64,000 nucleotides of DNA from Enoplolaimus lenunculus (lineage: Eukaryota). Shown in pieces: positions 14,654 to 28,503 of the stretch. Location of the stretch: contig JASANG010001414.1 of the NCBI GenBank assembly GCA_030248215.1, positions 186,001 through 250,000 on the forward strand, in the 5' to 3' direction. Both the position numbers and the translations under genes were made by a program. The notes below the pieces were generated by a model. The model had not been told where the DNA came from, ran no database searches, and worked only from the letters and a program-made list of their open reading frames with translations. Each line of letters begins with the position of its first letter. Position 1 is the stretch's first letter.

Positions 14654-14743
14654 CACAACAATAACAATAACAATAACAAAAACAATAACAACAATAACAA
14701 CAACAACAACAATAACAACAACAAACAACAACAACAACAACAA
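14654..14743 (+). repeat. (CAA/TAA)n microsatellite
   Basis: About 30 imperfect AAC/AAT units with no credible exon context. Confidence 0.85.
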
Positions 14744-17700
14744 TTTTAACAGCAGTGTCAGCAGTGACCGAGTTCGGAGGAGGGAGGAAGGATAGTGGAT
14801 ACTAAACAGTTTCAGACAGAATTCGTACACATCTCACTTTATAAGATACCGAGCGTTGTATACGGCTCAAAATTGGCTGTCTTTTGTGGTATTTATTCTC
14901 TGTGCTGCTTGAATTCGTTAGTTTTATGTATTTGTTTTCGTTACGTGCTTATCGTATGAGAATTTGGTGCTTCCGAGGCGCAGCAGCTCCAGGTTAAACC
15001 CTTTGTTCGACTTATGTTGTTTCTTATAAGACTAATATGTATTGTGTGTGTGTGTGTGCTCAAATTTATTATTTACCCGTGTTCGAAAGGTTTTTATAAA
15101 AGTTTCTTTGCGCCGTTTCATCTTGCGGCAACTATATGCCCCCTTGAATAAAAGTTAACAATATTTTACCAAATATACGTATATATACACACACCGTAGG
15201 TGTATCACAGCTAAGCTGAATAGTTGTTCCAGGGCTGTGTAATTGTGTGTTCTGCAAACGGAATGTAAACGCAGTATGCAAGACAAAAATGATTTTTGCA
15301 GCGTTGTAGGCTTTTGTTTTTTCGGGAGAGAGAGCGGAGGGGGGGTTAGGCGTATATCGACGATATATCTGTCCCTAATTTTTGCGGTGTCCGGGTGCTT
15401 TGGCTGTATATTATTTGTGACACTTATTCTTGCCTGTTATATTAATCGTTTTAGAGGCGTTTGTATGACAAATTTTAACTATATTGTATACGTATTTTTA
15501 TCTGTGTACAGGTGTTCAGAGCATTGTTTTGCGGAATAAACGTCAAGTGTTTCCTCACATTCGAAAATCTTTAAACTTTTCTTTTTTGGCTCATAATATT
15601 GTCACTGTCCTAAGCGAAAAAAAACAGAGTTAATATTCAGTCGATCCCATTGGATGATACAAATTTGAGGATCCACGTTAGTCTCTGGACTGATTTTTTT
15701 CATCATGCTTTTATAATTAATGTATTCGTAGTTATATGTGTATGTATACATATATTTTATATATGGTATACATGAAATTAAAGCTTATTTCCTTGATAGG
15801 CAGTGGCCATCACCTTGGGTTTCGAATATGCAGAGTTTGTTATTGATTTTACAGTTCACCTATTGTTCGGTTCAAATTTAAATAAAGTTTGGCGTCAATT
15901 TATTTTGTACGAATTAAACGGTAAGTTTGAACAGATAAAAATATTCAATATCCGGCCGGCGTTAAAGCTTCAGCTGGGCCGTGGCTATCCAGTTTAAGGC
16001 TTTCAAAAAAGAAAACTGTTTTATTTGCAATAAACGCAAGCTTATTGGAATTTTTAAAAAGACTGCCAACATATCTTTTAATTAAATTATGTTTACTGAA
16101 TTCACTGTGGCACCGAAAAATTCGGAACACCAGAGCAGGCGCTTAAGCAAGGTTGGTGGTATGTGAGCATCCCCACGAAGTTTATTTAAAATTTTCAAAT
16201 CGTATGAGTCCCTGGATGATTGTATTCGAAAATACAAAAATAGATAATAGCATATCGTACTGTCTTTAAAGTTTTTATTCTGGCTACGCGAATGAAAACT
16301 ATATAGTATTTACATGTTGTGAATATGATTTCACCGAAATTAAGAAACTCAAATAAAACATAGTAGTATGTACTGATTGCAACTGGGTTTATGAAACTTT
16401 CAGGTTCGATTTGAGTCATTTTTTTCAATTTCACAGTTGTTTTTTCTCAATTCGAACGGGAGTTCACAAGCACCCGATGAAATTCCCGGGTACCCCGTTG
16501 ATTGAAAATACATTCAAAATATAACTTGACAACAAATGAAATTAACAATGCGTTGTCAGTTGTGGTTCTTCTCTCGTCTCGATCAGCGGCGGATCAAAGG
16601 ATTGTTCGGAAGGGGGAATTAAAACGTATTTATAGAAAATTTTTTCGATATTTTAAGATTGACCAGTTGAGCCCAACATGCAAAATGACCTAATTTGGCT
16701 AGTAACTCCGCTAGATTTTCATCAGTTTGGCTAGGAAATAGATTTTGAGCTTTCGATTAACCATTTGTATCGCGAAATTTTCAACACAGCACAGCCAGTG
16801 GCAGGTACATCCACCACGAGGATACAACCCGATATCCGGCTTTGGCAAAAATCGACATCATGCTCCAGTGTTCTACATTGCCGGATATGCATTGCTGATA
16901 AATATAACATAACTCTATATTATACTATTATTTATAACTAAAATTACAATATTTGGCTGGCTACAAATTTTCAAATTTTGGTCTAAATTATAATTATAAG
17001 TACGTCAAGAAATTAAATTAATATACTACAACATATTTCAGGAAGTACACTAAATTAGCGCGGCTAGGATTAACTTATTGTTGTAATACGCATTTTTAAG
17101 TATCCGGCTTCAGCAACTTCCGCAGCTGGAATTGAACTATCTGATTCCGGTATTCTTTAGTATCCAGTAGAACGCTTCCCGTTACTCCTTGGGTCTGAAC
17201 CATTTGCGCCGCAAAATTTTCAGGGCCGGCAGGACTAGCAGTAAAGATGAACCCACCATTTCCTCCTGGGTTCGCCACATCTGTGTTTATGTACGCAAAA
17301 TGACTGTAAGGTGAAATTTTATCACTTCGTTTGTATAATACCACGAGTCGATGATAACTTTTTTGCAAGAGTGTGCGACTGGATACATTCTGTGTGCAAA
17401 ACAATGTACTCGGCATGCGTTGCGTTTCTAGCCTTCCCTCTCGCTTTATTTATGGGGTACAACCTTTGCGAATGACGGCACTGTACTAATACGACATCAG
17501 AAAGGCTCCGCTTAGATCCTGATGCACGGGCGGACCTGGGCGACCTAGGGATCGGATATTTACCATAAGATTTATTACTAAATTTAGGCTTGGTGTTTCG
17601 GTTTCTTTCGTCGGACGTTTCCTTCTCTGTTTTATCGTTTCCTTAAGTATGTTCTTGCGCAGTACATTGTTGACCCTAAATATTTGGTTTATACGTGTCT

Positions 17701-18083
17701 GACAGCAACACACTAAAGCAATGGTCGGTTCAATGGAATCCCGGCTCTGGCAGTCCTCGGGACCGGCGCACAGCCGATGTTTTGTGACAGCATTAAGCAC
17801 TAAAATTGTGTGTTGACTTCTTGCTCGCATCGCTCAAAAAGTTTTTATTTCACAAGTATATCTTGTGCGTGTCGCCGTCAGAAATTTCTGTCTTCCTTTA
17901 TTTTCTGTTTATATTTAATGCAGCAATTATAGCCAAATAATAACAATAGTTGATCGGTACTGCTTAACTTAGAATTATTCTGTAGAATAATATGAATGAA
18001 ACTTAAAGTAGCCGACGATTTTTGTATTCAGCTTATTCATAGGACTTTGTGCAACCTGCAGCAGGATATAATCCAGCAAACTA

Positions 18084-18103
18084 ATGGCTGGAAGACAATT
18101 GCG

Positions 18104-18155
<52 letters not shown>

Positions 18156-21100
18156 ACAGCATTTTCTCAGGACGCTAGGCCTAAAAATTTAACCGCTTTG
18201 CCGTATTCAAGCAAAGGTTTACCTATTTTACCACCAGCACCGCTCCGTGAGGGTGGACGCTATGATTTTGACGACGGAGGCTGTTATTGTGGACAATGGG
18301 AAAATGGTAAAGCGCATGGGTTCGGTATATGTACAGGACCGAAAGGACAAGGTCAGTATAGCGGCGCGTGGAATTACGGTTATGAAGTGTCCGGCGTGTA
18401 TAAGTGGCCGACAGGTACGCTGTATGAAGGTAGCTGGCAAAATGGTAAGCGGTCAGGGCTCGGTGTAGAGCATCGAGGCAGATGGATATATCGCGGGGAG
18501 TGGTCGAATGGATTTATGGGACGCTATGGAGTGAGAATATGCACAAATTCAGAAGCGAAATATGAAGGCACATGGCTCAACGGGTTACAAGATGGATATG
18601 GCACAGAAACTTATGCAGATGGAGGTATGTCGCAAGTCGTTGTGTTTCTTGGCAAGCCCGCAGCATACTTACCGTGCTAAGGAAGGCTGGAAAAGTTTTA
18701 GGAGGGGAACACAAGGATTTGCGATGATTTACAAACAAGTTTGAAACTTCTAGGAAAAGCCAAAATTGTTCCACGAAGCATGATCCCCCTGTCCTCCCTC
18801 TGGCTACGAGCCCGTTTCTTGCACTATGATTTTGGTTATTATTAATGGTAAACATTACTTGGTTTTGAAGAACGTTTACCCATGTTAACTATACGATCCA
18901 GCCTACTAAGATACCGACGGACTGGGTTAGTTAGCGACTGAGAATCTCAGGCTTAGGCTTAGGATTAGACTTATGTTTACGCTTAGGCTTAAGCTTAGGC
19001 TTAGGTGTAGTAGCCAGAGCCTTATAGATAATATGGGCCGTAAGGTTTATTTAATGTTGGCAGTTTATGGATTTTCCCCTAAATGCATGATACAAATCAA
19101 TTTTACTCTCATGTTGAAGTATATAATCGGTACAAGATTCTGTAACGCAATCAATGCAAGTAGTGTTAGGAGAATTGCGCTATATTCTTCTCGTACCTAG
19201 CACGTGTGCGGCACTGCGCGTCATGTTTGGAAAATTAATTTGGTACGGTGCCGCATGTCGGCGCGTAGCGACGTTCGCCAGCGTGCTATACTCTAAAGTG
19301 AAGACGTAACCCTAAAGGTTTCGTTCGTTGATAATACAAAGGTGTTGTCTTTACTGGTTGCAATCGACGCTGGCTTACGGTTAAATCTGAGAAAATTTTT
19401 GAAGAACTGAGCTCATATGATAAATATTTGTTTGCCTAGGCTAAACACGGTTCAGTCTAGAGTCATCGCCATATGTATATAGCCAAGATTTAGGGTTTAT
19501 GTACAGTTGCATAGCCATGGTTTCATTTCGGAAGGGTATAAGTTTAATTTTTAGACCTTAGAATCCAGCAAATGAAATTTCAGAAAGGGATATGATCCCA
19601 CTGTTCTTCACCTTGCATGCGCATCTGTCTTATTTCACTCGCCTCTGTCTCATGTCATATTTTTGCTTCAGGCAAATATCAAGGACAGTGGTTTCGAGGC
19701 CTGAGGCATGGTTATGGTATTCGAAAATCGGCCCGGTATGGAAATGCAGCGCGTACTCGGTCTAGTGCGCACGCCCACGAATCCGTGACTTCTCTGGTCG
19801 ATGAAGTCGATTCAAAAGCGCCTGAGGAAACCAAGCGAACCCCAGGTACGTAAGATTAGTGTCGTCAAATTTGTTGCCCATGTTACTTTTACAGCCGTCC
19901 CGGTTACTGGTGGATCCTTAAAGAACTGGCTTATACTTTAGACTACATTTTTTGCATAGGCTTAGGCTTAGGCTTAGGAATACGCTTTTGCAACGCTTAG
20001 CCTTAGGCTTAGGCTTACGAATACGCTTAATCTACTGTTACGGTCCTAAAAGTAGCATTGGCCAAAATTTGTAATCACTTTTAAAAATTATATAATCGTT
20101 GAAAACTACAAAATTACGTTTTTTGGTGTAATCTTTACCAGTTCAACTGAAGCGGTTCCGGTTTCTCATTCTTCATGCCTCCGGATGATGCGAACCTGTT
20201 AAATGACTAATGTCGGTCACCTGTACATGCATTATAAAACAGCGCAACGGATGCCATATTGAGGAACATAACTGCTACTACGGCATAGCAAAAACAATGT
20301 CTAAACGAATCTATGATGCTAAGGGGCTGCTTCTCAGTACTAAATATTTGTAAGAAATTTGATGACATATACAGTAAGAAAACTTGTTCATTATTTGACT
20401 GAAAAATGGATAAATTTTGTCACATATAGGCCGAATACCTTTCTTTACTTGCAGTTATGGTTAGTGGCTTACTGGCGTCTATGTACTGATAGCTCGAGCC
20501 ATGTTACTTTAAGGGGCGTCCAGGTTTCTGGTGGGTCCATAAAAGAGTAGGTTTGGATTCTAGATTATAGTTTTTTTGCTTAGGCTTAGGCTTGGGCTTA
20601 GGCTTTGGAACACATTTTTGCAACGCTTAGGCTTAGGCTTATGCTTAGGAACACGCTTAATCTACTGTTACGCCCCTTAAAGTAACATTGGCCGATAGCT
20701 CGATAAGTCTGTGGTAGAAGCTAGACGCTGCAAGTATTCCATTACAAAAATATTGTTTATAAACGAATCATTAATGATAGGCTTCTGCCGCGGGGGGCAG
20801 AAAGTGGTATAAGTCGTTTATCTGAGGAGTAAGTAGAGTAGATAAGGCATTTTTATCTACCAAGGGGTGGTTGGTGGATACGACACAGTGATAATTTTAA
20901 AGCGTTATGTAGGACTTGGAGGGGATGCAAGTCGCAGCGGATTTGCGCTTCGTGCAAAAAGTGAACCAGCACCACGACATCGATCACAATCCGAGCGTTC
21001 GCTCTCAGGACGGCGTGGCATTATGCGTGGATTTCGAATCAAAAAACAAAGCTCAACGGGCGATATTCATCAACGAGTTGCATCGGTTGGTCCTGGCGAA

Positions 21101-23907
21101 ACAACAGGTTAGATGGACAAAATGAAGTACACTCTGGAGCCGAATAACTTTAATTAATTTCCTTCTCTAGTGGTTGTTGAAACCGGAAATTTTATTGAGT
21201 GCACACGTATTTCTCGCAAAAAGTAACCTAAATCACAATTATTTGCTATAATTTGTTATAATTTAGTTCCTACACGCGCTTTAATATTCACTGTGTTTCT
21301 TTGTATATTTATTTCCGATGGTTGGATAAGATGTTACTACGAAATACCTATTGGTTGGGTTTCTGAAATTTTACCTTAGTATTGACTCAAATTGAGCCAT
21401 TGTCATAACAAGAAAGTAATAATTTTCGTATATATTAAGCAGGCACGATGAGTTTACAAATTTAATGACGCCATGGTTAGTATGCCTGAATGGTTAATTT
21501 GTAAAAAATCAAATTTAGTTAGCGACTTAAGTATTTACTTAACTTAAGTACGCTTTTAAAAACGACAAAATGTTTAAGTAATTAAATAATTACTTAGCAC
21601 GTATTTAAGCACCGAGTTGTACTTAAATAGGTTTCAGAAACCTAGCCATTGTGATTTTGTTCATAAATAATATGTAATATTGACTCATGTTACATGTTTC
21701 AACAATGAATATCTGGTAATATAAATTACCGGAGTAGGAGCGGGATATCCGGTCACACCGTTTTTACTTTCACAGGTTGTACGATTTATCCTATTATGTT
21801 TCAATAACAAAGTTTTCTTGGTCGCCCCGGTCACTTTCAAAAATTCTTTTTTGATGTTGTACCTTCTCAATTTGCCGAAATGAAGTCCTAGCTGATCCAC
21901 CCCATTGATCCGTTGCATCAATAATTACGTAGATATTAGAAAGGGTTACTGTGAAATCATATTTATATATGTCGATGCATCTCATGCTATAATTGCAGGC
22001 CCTATACGAAGCTCAGGCAGCGCAGCGAGTTGTACCAGCGAAGAATCAGGTTTGACCAATTTAACCGGTGACGTAATTGCGGTCGCGGACGAAATCGTTG
22101 GCCCAGATGTAACCGAAGAGTATTCTGGCGAATGGAAAAATGACAACCGGTCCGGATTTGGAGTTTGCGTTCGGTCTGATGGGCTCCGCTACGAAGGTGA
22201 ATGGTTCAATAACCGCAAATACGGCTATGGCATAACGAGATTCGCTGATGGTACAACTGAAGAAGGCAAATACAAAAATAACGTTTTAATTTTGTCACAA
22301 CGCAAGAAAAACATTTTGTTCGTTCGAGCGGCGAAAATGCGCGAACGCATTGAGGCCGCTGTTGCGCAGTCAGGTCGTGCAGCGCAAATGGCGTCTCAGA
22401 AGGCGAATATTGCCAAAGCAAGGTACATCGCGCTCGTTGTCAAGCCAAAAGAACGTGCTCGTTTTAGTAGTTAGTTTCAATATAGCTCATTAAGTAATCT
22501 GAACTCCGTTATATGCCACTCGGAAAACTTCCGTGCCTTAGCAAAGTGAAATGATCTGGTTACAGCTTTGAGTCAAACATTGTCGTGTTCAACCTTAGGT
22601 TGTGATTCATTTTCTTTGGGTAAAATATACGCCGTATACATGCAACCAATTATATTTAAACCTTTCAGCCTATAGGAGGGTTTTTACGGTGTATGAAAAT
22701 TTTGGCACGCGTTTTTTGCGAACGCACTAAGCATATAGCGCATGCTGCTGTCTTTATCGACATCTATTTTGCATTTCCAAAACAAAATTTAAAATCATTC
22801 TGACGTTTTGAAATTGTTTCAATTATTATTGTAGGATGTCGACCGCGAACGAACGAGCTGAAGAAGGCGAGCAAAGTGCAGCGCAAGCACGCGAAGATAA
22901 CGAAATCGCTCGGATTGAAGCGAATCGCATTTCGCCAGAGTTTAACAAACACGGTAAGACAAAAATAATATTTAAGGAATAGAATTCCAGTCACACATAC
23001 ACATATATATTATATATTATATATACATATATATAAGCAGCTTATTTTCCGCCATGCACGTTGCCAGAATTTCATTTTTGGATTTGTATGTGTAACTCTT
23101 ACGGATTGAGTTTCGTGTTCCAGAAGATGTAACGATAATTGTTTACTCCTGTCACCTGTGTTTAGTTTGCGAAAAGTGTTTTTTTACCACTGATTTATCA
23201 GACAACAACGTCGCTTATCAATGAGTTTGATTCGCTAAAGTTTGCACTATAAATTCGTCGAAAAAAGCGTTTTGAGTTGTAATTCAGCGCGTGAGTGCAA
23301 CAAACTATTGCACAGAATGCGCGATGTGTTAATATTGTTAAATGTTAAGGTCCACCGTCAACCATTGCGAACAACATTGCCGAATTAATTGCCGGAGGTC
23401 GTCACACATCAGACGCAATTGGACAACAACATTCAACACCACCACCAACAACAACAACAACACCAAGCAGTGAAGATCACAGTCAAATTCATAATCGCTC
23501 AAAATCACTGTTCATTCCAAAAGACAATAGCAGTAGTCATTGTGAATCGCGTAGTTTTGTGCCAGAACACTCCGGTGTTGCAATTACACCGCCCGCTCGT
23601 ACAGTTAAACCATCACCGCCTTTGCATCCTAGTAATCAAGGAGCGTCACAAAATATGGTCACCGGCAGCAGTCAATCGCATAGCCCGTCCCAAAATACCA
23701 CGGTGGCTGCTCCGGTAGCTTCGCCATCGAATTCACCAGTCGCGTCCAATCAATTACCTAATGCGGTACCTTTTCACGGACCAACCCAAATCGCCGCTAA
23801 CAGTAATGTGCCTTTTAATTCTACCTCCATTAACGCCGGCCAGCTACAACAGCGTATTGAAAACGCTCAGCCTCAATATTTTTCACTCGGTACATTACAA
23901 CAGTCGC

Positions 23908-23942
<35 letters not shown>

Positions 23943-25813
23943 GTTATGCAACAAAATCATCCGACTATGTCAATGCAACAACATTTTGCAACACATGTTG
24001 GACAACCTTTGAATTACCCTAACCAACCAGGCCGGCTTGCTTCGGCAGCGGGTTATGGCACCGATCCACATACTGGCATGAGGACTGATCCGCGGAACGC
24101 TTCCCTGCCTGCCGCTGGTTATCCCATACCGCCTGCGATGCAAACGCGAGGCGCTTTGCCTATGCCAGTCCAAGGTCTGTCGGGCCAGCAACAACTACCG
24201 GCACAACTTTTGCAGCAGCAACAACAGCAATTACAACAATTACAGTTACAACAATTACAACAACAACAACAATTAATGCAACAGCAACAGCAACAAATGT
24301 TTGGTTCATCACAAATGCAAAATCCTAATTTATACAACAATCCAAGTGCAATTCCGGTTCAACCGCAGCAATTACAACAACCACACCAGCAACAGATTGC
24401 TGTAAGCCATTTAAACGATTCAAATACTCAACATCATAATTCAACAACTCCAACTGATACTTCTACTACGGTTAAATCGAGCTTTGCTAATAATACAACA
24501 AATACGTCGACGCAGAATTCCGCAAATGTGACTGAAGCTGCCCTACAGCGGCGATCAACTGTTGCGATGGGTCATCAAGGTGCGCTAGCGTCATCAAAAC
24601 GAAGCAACGAAGCCCCGGTGAAAAGCGGAACTGGTACTACAAATACCGGTGGACGTAGTGGCGCTGGTGGAAGCGGCAGTTCTCTGACCATGAGCCGCGA
24701 AGAGCTGTCACGTCTTGGACGGCAACGGCGCGAAGAACGACAACGTGAACAAGAACAAGAACAACTTCTCAAACGAAATCCACTTCGATATTTGACTCAT
24801 CCGTTGTTTAAGGTAAGCAATTTCGAAATGGTGGCATGTTTGCCAAGGTGGCCGTAGCAAGGATTTCATTTCGGGCGGGTATACAATGATTATTTTCTGG
24901 GCTGTATGATCCAGCTGCTTATTCTAACGCTGATAGTAGTGCCCTGTTTCTCATATATACAGATGTTTCAAGAAGGAAATAACCTTCCCTCTGGGCCTGG
25001 CCTACTCCCATGTTTATATTAGATGCCGGCGGTGCTAGTATTGATTTTTTTGCACGCAGATTTGAACAGTTTTACCCCTCATCATTTAGAAATTCCCTTG
25101 ACACTTGCCATCAATAATTTCGATGCATTGCCGGGTGAAACATTGATTGGTATTTCGGCCCGAAGCCAAGGAGAGGCAGGAGGGGAGCTCGGCCAACCTG
25201 GAAAAATTTTGGCCCCCCCCCCTTGAAAGTTTTCAAATCTTGCTTGTAACTCATTGAAAACCCTTGAATGCGCCTGCTGAAAATTTTTAGCCCCCCCCCC
25301 CAGCAAGGTGAGCTGGCTATGGGTCTGTTGGTATTCCTCGCAGATTTTAGAATGAAAGCCATTTCAAAGTTTACAGGGCTGCACTCGTGTCATATTTTTA
25401 GCTGTTTAAACTAGACGTCTTTATTCGAGTTTGAAGCCATCAAACGGACAATGGCACAATGTAACTTTGGTCATACTGAAAACCAAACCACATTATCATT
25501 TCACGTTTTTGTTTTTCATTCTTGACACTTTTAGAACGATTTATAGAATCAACAATACGTTTTTAACCGAGTTTATGAATATATATATATTAAATTTTTA
25601 GTAATGTTAGTTTTAGAAGTATACGTATATAAATCGATTGTAATCCATAAATTAAACTTGTAAACATTTTTGTTTCGATTTCAGGAATGGATCGCTAGTC
25701 ATAGACTTGTCCTCATGATATTTTTGATCAACGCCGTGTTAACAATCATATTCTACCGGTTGCTATCCAATCCGAAAGGTGCTAACAACAGTAAAGATCC
25801 AGGTTCAGGATGA
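18084..25813 (+). CDS. JPH: Junctophilin (MORN-repeat ER-plasma membrane tether)
   Basis: Exons 18084-18624, 19672-19845, 20913-21107, 21999-22422, 22835-22953, 23350-24812, 25685-25813 (TGA), all GT-AG with matching phases. Diagnostic [53 protein letters not shown], further MORN repeats, [30 protein letters not shown], the helical [12 protein letters not shown] region, and a C-terminal TM segment [17 protein letters not shown]. An in-frame TAA upstream supports ATG 18084 as the start. Confidence 0.96.
19876..20063. mobile_element. Mutator-like MITE carrying TTAGGC repeats (family G)
   Basis: TIRs GCCCATGTTACTTTTA / TAAAAGTAGCATTGGCC, imperfect ~10-bp TSD (core AAATTTGT), internal TAGGCTTAGGCTTAGGCTTAGG. 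Confidence 0.65.
20498..20693. mobile_element. Mutator-like MITE carrying TTAGGC repeats (family G)
   Basis: TIRs GCCATGTTACTTTAAGGGGCG / CGCCCCTTAAAGTAACATTGGCC with a perfect 10-bp TSD GATAGCTCGA (20488-20497 and 20694-20703); internal TTAGGC arrays. Confidence 0.8.
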
Positions 25814-26973
25814 ATAACACAGATGTGTAGTACGTTGGTTCAGTCATGGTTAATAAATGCAATTTGACCAATGCAAATTATCGAGATACTTCAAGCTGAA
25901 TTGAAACGAATGTCAACAACTTTAGTCGGAGCTATACATTTCGATTAGATCAGCTTTACAACGAGCTTTGTTTATATCGAAGACTGCAAATTTTGAAAAT
26001 CAAATATATCATAGTTCAGATTTGAAATTGTTCATCTGGTTTTCACCTTCTGTGCCGATTCCACTGTTGGCAAACGAAGAACCATTTTAGCGAATAAAAT
26101 TTTGGCCGCAATGCTGGATTTACTTATTGTTCAAGCGACGATCACAAGAATTGAACGCACATCTTTCGTTGAACTCGATATATAATTACTACTAGGTTTC
26201 AATATTTGGATGGCTCTGTACCTAAACACCTTCAAAGACATGTCTACTCTAGTCTTGGGTCGTTATTCGATGAAACTCCAATATTTTTACCTTTTTGGTT
26301 TTCAATCGCTTGTATGTCTAGTAACAGAGAATAGTTGCAAACATTGGCTCATGTAAAGATCAGGGGCGGAGCGTTTTTCTTGCGCGACTGCAATAGAGTA
26401 CGCGTAAACTTTACATCATTTTTTCGCTTAGGTATAAGATCGCTCTTACGACTGGTTTTTGGTTTAGGCATATGCTTATACTACTGTTACGTCCCTGTTC
26501 TATACATTGGCCTAAACATTAAACACCATATGACATGTAGGGCAAACGGAAATTCTGAGCCTGTGTTTTCAAACGGCTGTAGCAACTTTCCCAGTCGGTA
26601 AAGAATTTTGTGCAGACATCGTACTACAAAATTCGATATATAACGATTCTGTGATTCGAAACTTACACGAATGATTGTGAACTGGCGGTAGGTGCTACAG
26701 ACAACTGAGAAGAATGTCGGCATTGCCGTCAAGATTTCCGGGATAAACTATTTACACAATAACCCAGCACTATTGTTTCATGTAAATGAGTCTATTATAA
26801 AGTTTGGCAGACATTGGCCGAAGATTCAATGTCTTGGCCCTTTTTACTATAAAGTCCGTGCCATTGCCCGGGGAGGCAATAAACCGAGAGTATATACACA
26901 CATACGCACTCTTGTTCACATAAGCATACAGTCAAATATATAATATAAAATATAGGTATATAAAATATAGGTA

Positions 26974-27389
26974 CTGTATTGACCCAAATAAGAGGGGGAG
27001 GAGTAATAAGAGGGGGTCCCCATTTTGAGTCCGAGTCAATTGGAGTCCGTATCCCTAATAAGAGTCCGTAAACGGATAGAGTCCCTAAACCCTAATTAGC
27101 GTCCATAAATGACAATGATACCTAATTATAGCGCATAAATGACTCCCGGGCCAAATATATTTGAGTTGGAAACTTTAAAGCGTACTTAAGTTTTGAAAGT
27201 ACATTCCTAAGCATAACCTTGCATTATCGCTCAAGCTATTGACACAGAACAAATAAACGTTTAATTCAACGGATAATTGCAGTACCGGATATATATCAGT
27301 AACGAAGGGCGGCGGAGCTTGCGTTAGGGGGGTACCCTCTGGAGACGCCAAATAAATATCAGTCCCCCCTTTTATTCGGGTCACTACAG
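26974..27389. mobile_element. Tc1/mariner-type MITE, family F
   Basis: TA flanks; TIRs CTGTATTGACCCAAATAA / TTATTCGGGTCACTACAG; inverted relative to 12341-12787. A further partial copy lies at ~40965-41345. Confidence 0.78.
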
Positions 27390-28503
27390 TATATAATAAT
27401 ATACATATGAATATATATTCTGAGTATGCGGTGTAGTAGGGGCACTTTTTCACTTTTCGATCAGGGGTTGCATCCCATGACCCCTAGTTTCAAAAGACGC
27501 CACGCAGGATAGAGTGTACGGTCTACCGCCGCGCACGCCTTCTTACTAAGTGGTTGTCATATTAGAACGTCAAAAATACAGGGTAACAGTACTACATAGA
27601 ATATATAAGTGTCTCAATAATGAATTGCTTAATGTGGGGTAGGGTACAACCGGAGCTATGCCTTTGGTTCCAGCAGAAATATTGACCTCCGAGTCCGGTA
27701 GAATTTATGCGAAGGTTGCGGCAATTTCGGTAGTAAAATTGTTCATAGTTCTAATACCAAATTTATCTGTTTGTCGCGATTCATTTTAGCTTTTGGCACA
27801 ATTTTGAGCAAAGAGTTGCCAAGATTTTGTAAAAAAATAAGCGTAAAACCAAACGATTTATCAACACATTCCAAATATTTGCCAAAATTAACAAATTTAA
27901 CATCATTTTAACTACTTAATTTCGCCTAACCTCCGGCAAGTTTTGTTGGCCTCTGGCTCCGGTATTTTCCCCTCCGGTTGCAGCCCGGTGTGTGGATCCC
28001 TCCATCCTGCTTAGGGTTCCCTGGACTTGCGGGGGGTGGGGGGCGACAGCCCTCCTGAGAACACAATTAAAGAAAATTTTCTATGTGGGGGAAGTTTTAC
28101 CTAGTGGTGGGGAAAAGTAAAAAAAGTGCCTATATATGTATCATAAATACAGTATATTATAAGTCAAGGAATATCTTCGATGAAAAGCACAAAATTTGAT
28201 TTAATTGAATTTTGAAAAAATTATTTTGAATTCTGATGCAAAATTGAACATTTCACGTGTTATTTAAAAACTTGAGCCAATGTATAGAACAGGGTCATAA
28301 AAGTAGTATAAGGGTATTCCTGAGGCTAAGCCAAGACCTAAGCGTAAAACAAATAAGGCTACTCATAAGCCGAAGCATAGTAAGACATTTTAAACGGTGC
28401 CACCTGTTCCATCTGTTCTCAACAGTCCCGTCGCGCATCACAATTATATTTATTGTGTGTGCTCCTGGTTAGTGTTGTGCACCGGCCAGGAAGCAGACGG
28501 CCG

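Noticed and set aside
14245..14830. Tyr/Ile-rich and poly-Asn ORFs
   Set aside because: Microsatellite translation artefacts.
17486..17830. 114-aa minus-strand ORF upstream of junctophilin
   Set aside because: No identifiable motif or exon structure.
24119..24340. Cys-rich metallothionein-like ORF
   Set aside because: Antisense reading of the junctophilin CAA/CAG polyQ codons.
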